Shown: positions 61,262-64,000 of the stretch, in pieces
Layout of the letters: each line of letters opens with the position of its first letter
Numbering within the stretch: the first letter of the stretch is position 1
NCBI GenBank assembly: GCA_950097015.1
Contig: CATNEN010000029.1
Coordinates: forward strand, 3,224,001-3,288,000
Direction: 5' to 3'
DNA: 64,000 bases
Source: Macrostomum hystrix
Taxonomy: Eukaryota > Animalia > Platyhelminthes
Made by a program: the position numbers and the translations under genes
The notes under the pieces: model-generated
Told to the model about the DNA's origin: nothing
The model's database searches: none
The model's input: the letters and a program-made list of their open reading frames with translations, nothing else

Positions 61262-61898
61262 ATCCGCCACAGAATCCGAGGCCGGGCATCGAATAATCCG
61301 TGCCAACCTCGTCCGCCTCTTGCCTGCCACGGCTGATCGCCTGGTCTGGCTGCTCTGCGCCAACTGCGAATCCGCCTTCGGACCTGAGGAGCTCTCGATA
61401 CAATCCTACTCGGCTGAGAGCGACGAAGGCGAAGCTGAACAGCGTCGTAGGCCGAGACCGTTTGTCTGTCGGCGCTGTCGGCAGCATTCGGCTGCAACTG
61501 GCGAGCGTCCCCTCCGGCCTTCGCTGTGCATCGGCCTGCATCTGGCCGACTCAGATGCCGAACTGATGGCCTTCGCCTGGGACGCTGAAGCGCTTCGCCT
61601 GATAGACGATCGGCGCGGAGTTGACGACTTGGGCGACGATGTTGACGCGGCTCGTCTAGCCGCCGATGCGGAACTGAGGCGCCGAGTGTACTCAAAACTG
61701 CGAGAACGCCTGCCCACCGGTGCCAGAGTTGAGCTGTCCATTGTGCACTATCGCACTGCAGCTAGCGGCACGGTTGTGTACTCTATCTGCGACACTTTTA
61801 TCAGGTCTGAGGCTGACCTGGCTGCCGCTGCCGCTGCCGCTGCCTCGCTTATCGATGATTCTACTCGTAGCGATGACGAATCCGATGAGCTGGCGTGA
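61262..61898 (+). CDS. POT1: POT1 C-terminal OB exon with two CxxC motifs
   Basis: HRIIRANLVRLLP...CANC...CRRC...PLRPSLCIGLHLADSDAELMAFAWD...YSICDTF parallels YRIRAKL...CPKC...CKQC...[25 protein letters not shown]...YQIFDT; phase-2 join. Confidence 0.82.
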
Positions 61899-62187
61899 CT
61901 AGTAGCGAGCCAGTCATTTTCTCTTGCCGGGGATTCGAACCCATGCTGTGCAATTACTCCCTCACTCAAATTCAATCAAGAATAATTAATTACTTTATTA
62001 AGCATTTCGCTATAATTATTAGCTTTTTTCAAACTGCATTTCTGTAGTATTTTTTATTTTAAAAAGTAATTACACGGCGCTGTTAAATAATAATTCGCAT
62101 TCGCTAATGCTTGTTTAGCAAAAGAAAGACCTGTTTTCGAGTTTTGAATATTTCATTTATAAGTTTTTTGCCCTTTTAGTCGGCTTT

Positions 62188-62435
62188 TAGCCTAGTGGTT
62201 AGAGCGTCGGACTTATGAATTAAAGGTCGGGGTTCGATTCCTAACTCAACAGGAACAATTTGTTCCTTTGTCCTTTAGTAAGGCACTTAATTCTCTTCGT
62301 TGCTTCAGTTCACCCAGCTGTTAAATGAGTTGGGGGTGACTGATGGTGGGTGTGGCATCCCCACAGTCCATGGACTGAACAACCGTACATGGCCTTGATA
62401 TGCGTCGCGCGATAGCTGCGGCTGTGCTGTCTTTT
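62188..62435 (+). mobile_element. tRNA-derived SINE, family B (best copy)
   Basis: A box tagtggttag, B box ggttcgattcc, gtccttt...aaggcacttaa and ttcacccagctgttaaatg core, same 3' blocks as 26645. Confidence 0.8.
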
Positions 62436-62586
62436 TATCCCGTATCTATATATAATGGCCCCTGGTAGCGATATTACAAATATAATATATTGCACCTCAT
62501 TTATAATTAGAATGCAGTGAATTTAACTTTTTCGATACATATCGGCTAGTTTTGAAAGAAGTCAATTTCGCATTGCTTTTTTCCAG

Positions 62587-63471
62587 CCATCTTCATCCCA
62601 TCAGAACGCGTCGTCTACGGCAGCTTCTGCAGCTGGCGGCGACAATGCGGCGCCGGCCGCCGATACTACATCGGACGATTATCGCGTCCACCGGCTGAAC
62701 TTTCATCAGCCCGACCTGCCGGCCGTGAACTGCTCCGCCTACAAGAGCGGCCGCCTAGCCGTAGCTCGCGCCGACGCCTCTGTGGAGATCTACAGCGAGC
62801 CGGACGGCTTCTACCTGGACCGCAGGATTCCCGGCTGCCTATTGAAATCTGTTGAAGGCCTCTGCTGGCTGGGCGACCGGCTATTCTGCACCGGGCTGAG
62901 CGGCTTCGTGCACGAAATCGATTTGCCAGCCTGCAGCATTCGCAGATCAGTTAGCAGCCACACTGACGGCAACTGGTGCATTGCCAGCCATCCGGCTAGC
63001 GGCCTCTTAGCCGTTGGCAGCGACTCCGGCTCCGTGGTTGCCTTGGAAAGCAGCGACAACGATTTGCGATTGGGCGTCACTCTTGGCCGCTTATCTAGTC
63101 GAGTCCTGTCCGTTGCCTGGCGACGCTGGCGGCCTAGCGACCAGGATGACGGCCTGCCAGCTCTGGCAGCAGGCAGCGTCAACTGCATCTTCCTGCTGTC
63201 TGGCCGGCCCGGCGACTCGGCTGCCAGACGCCTGCCGCTGGCCAGACGTGGCCGTCGTATCGACACTCTAGCCTGGTCGGTGATGTTCCTTGGCGGCGCT
63301 TTGATATCCGGCGATTCGGCCGGCTGTGTGACCATCTGGGATGCCAGAAGCGGAGCCCAGACTAGACAGTTTCGCAGTCACCGAGCCGACATTCTGACTC
63401 TGGCGCACTCTCACGACAGGCGGAGCTTCTTTGCCGCCGGTGTTGACCCCACTATTCAGCGGTTTGACCTG
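62587..63471 (+). CDS. UTP4: U3 snoRNA-associated protein 4 (cirhin), WD40 exon; start codon not located
   Basis: YRVHRLNF...RLAVARADASVEIY...SVEGLCW...RLFCTGLSG...SGDSAGCVTIWD...SHRADIL...GVDPTI is the UTP4 N-terminal signature; donor CTG|GTGAGG. Confidence 0.88.
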
Positions 63472-63584
63472 GTGAGGCCTGCTTGACGGGCTTCTCAAAG
63501 GGCTTACTGGGTTTGGCGGCTCCCAAATATCCGCTCCCAATTAGTGATGATTTTGTAAAAAATATGAACTCTTAAGGATGATTA

Positions 63585-63860
63585 TTCGGGTGGGGATAAC
63601 TCTCGGGATTATTTTACAGGTGGGAATAACTCTCGGGATTATTATTCAGGTGAGGGATAACTCTTCGGGATTATTATTCAGGTGGGGGATAACTCTTCAG
63701 GATTCGAGAATCAAGGTGGGATAACTCTTCGGAAGGATTATCCAGCTGAGAATAACTTTTCGTGAATCTAGTTTTGGATAACGCTTCGGTATGGGTATTC
63801 AGGTCAGAAAAACTTTTCGGATTGTATAATCTAGGTTGGGATAAATCTTCAGGACGGTTA
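63585..63860. repeat. ~30-bp degenerate intronic minisatellite (gggataactctcgggattattattcaggtg)
   Basis: ~8 decaying copies. Confidence 0.75.
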
Positions 63861-63894
63861 TCCAGAAGGCTAAATTCTCACCCGCCATCTGCAG

Positions 63895-64000
63895 GTAACT
63901 CAGGAGCCGGACAATGACAATCAGCGTCCATTGTACTCGTCTTCCTCGGCCTCTTCATCCTCGCGCTGGGAGTTGGCCTGGTCAACTAGGGAATTGTCTC
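63895..64000 (+). CDS. UTP4: UTP4 next exon (runs off the window)
   Basis: Acceptor catctgcAG|, phase 0, open to the window end (VTQEPD...RWELAWSTRELS). Confidence 0.6.

Noticed and set aside
62188-62250. tRNA gene (also the similar heads at 20788 and 23520)
   Set aside because: A/B boxes are present but there is no convincing cloverleaf, and each continues into a shared SINE body.

Overview
Eukaryotic (metazoan) genomic DNA. GC-rich, Ala/Gly/Arg-biased exons are separated by AT-rich introns packed with minisatellites. The style is reminiscent of a free-living flatworm such as Macrostomum; this is an inference, not a match. Recognisable genes: RPS17 (-); an intronless PLAT/LH2-domain protein and a truncated tandem paralog sharing an unrecognised N-terminal module (+); an orphan polyQ-rich spliced gene (+); a 4-exon class C GPCR with one frameshift (-); a 10-exon C2CD3 (+, 31587-53828); a 3-exon POT1 (+); and the 5' part of UTP4/cirhin (+). 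Mobile DNA: an apparently intact RTE-clade LINE (12-bp TSD, GAA tail, 2A-like NPGP motif, four zinc-finger-like motifs) nested in a tRNA-derived SINE; a 5'-truncated RNase H-bearing LINE; two tRNA-headed SINE families; a hAT MITE with 8-bp TSD; a second MITE-like element; and a Merlin transposase relic. Repeats: an 8-kb 31-bp satellite with higher-order structure and about 20 smaller tandem arrays. Most striking: reverse-complementary satellite arrays flanking the first POT1 coding exon, a POT1 that seems to lack the HJRL insertion, the 2A-like LINE, two sharply bounded CpG-void blocks, and splice acceptors 11-29 nt upstream of five start codons. All exon models were derived by eye from GT/AG sites and frame continuity.
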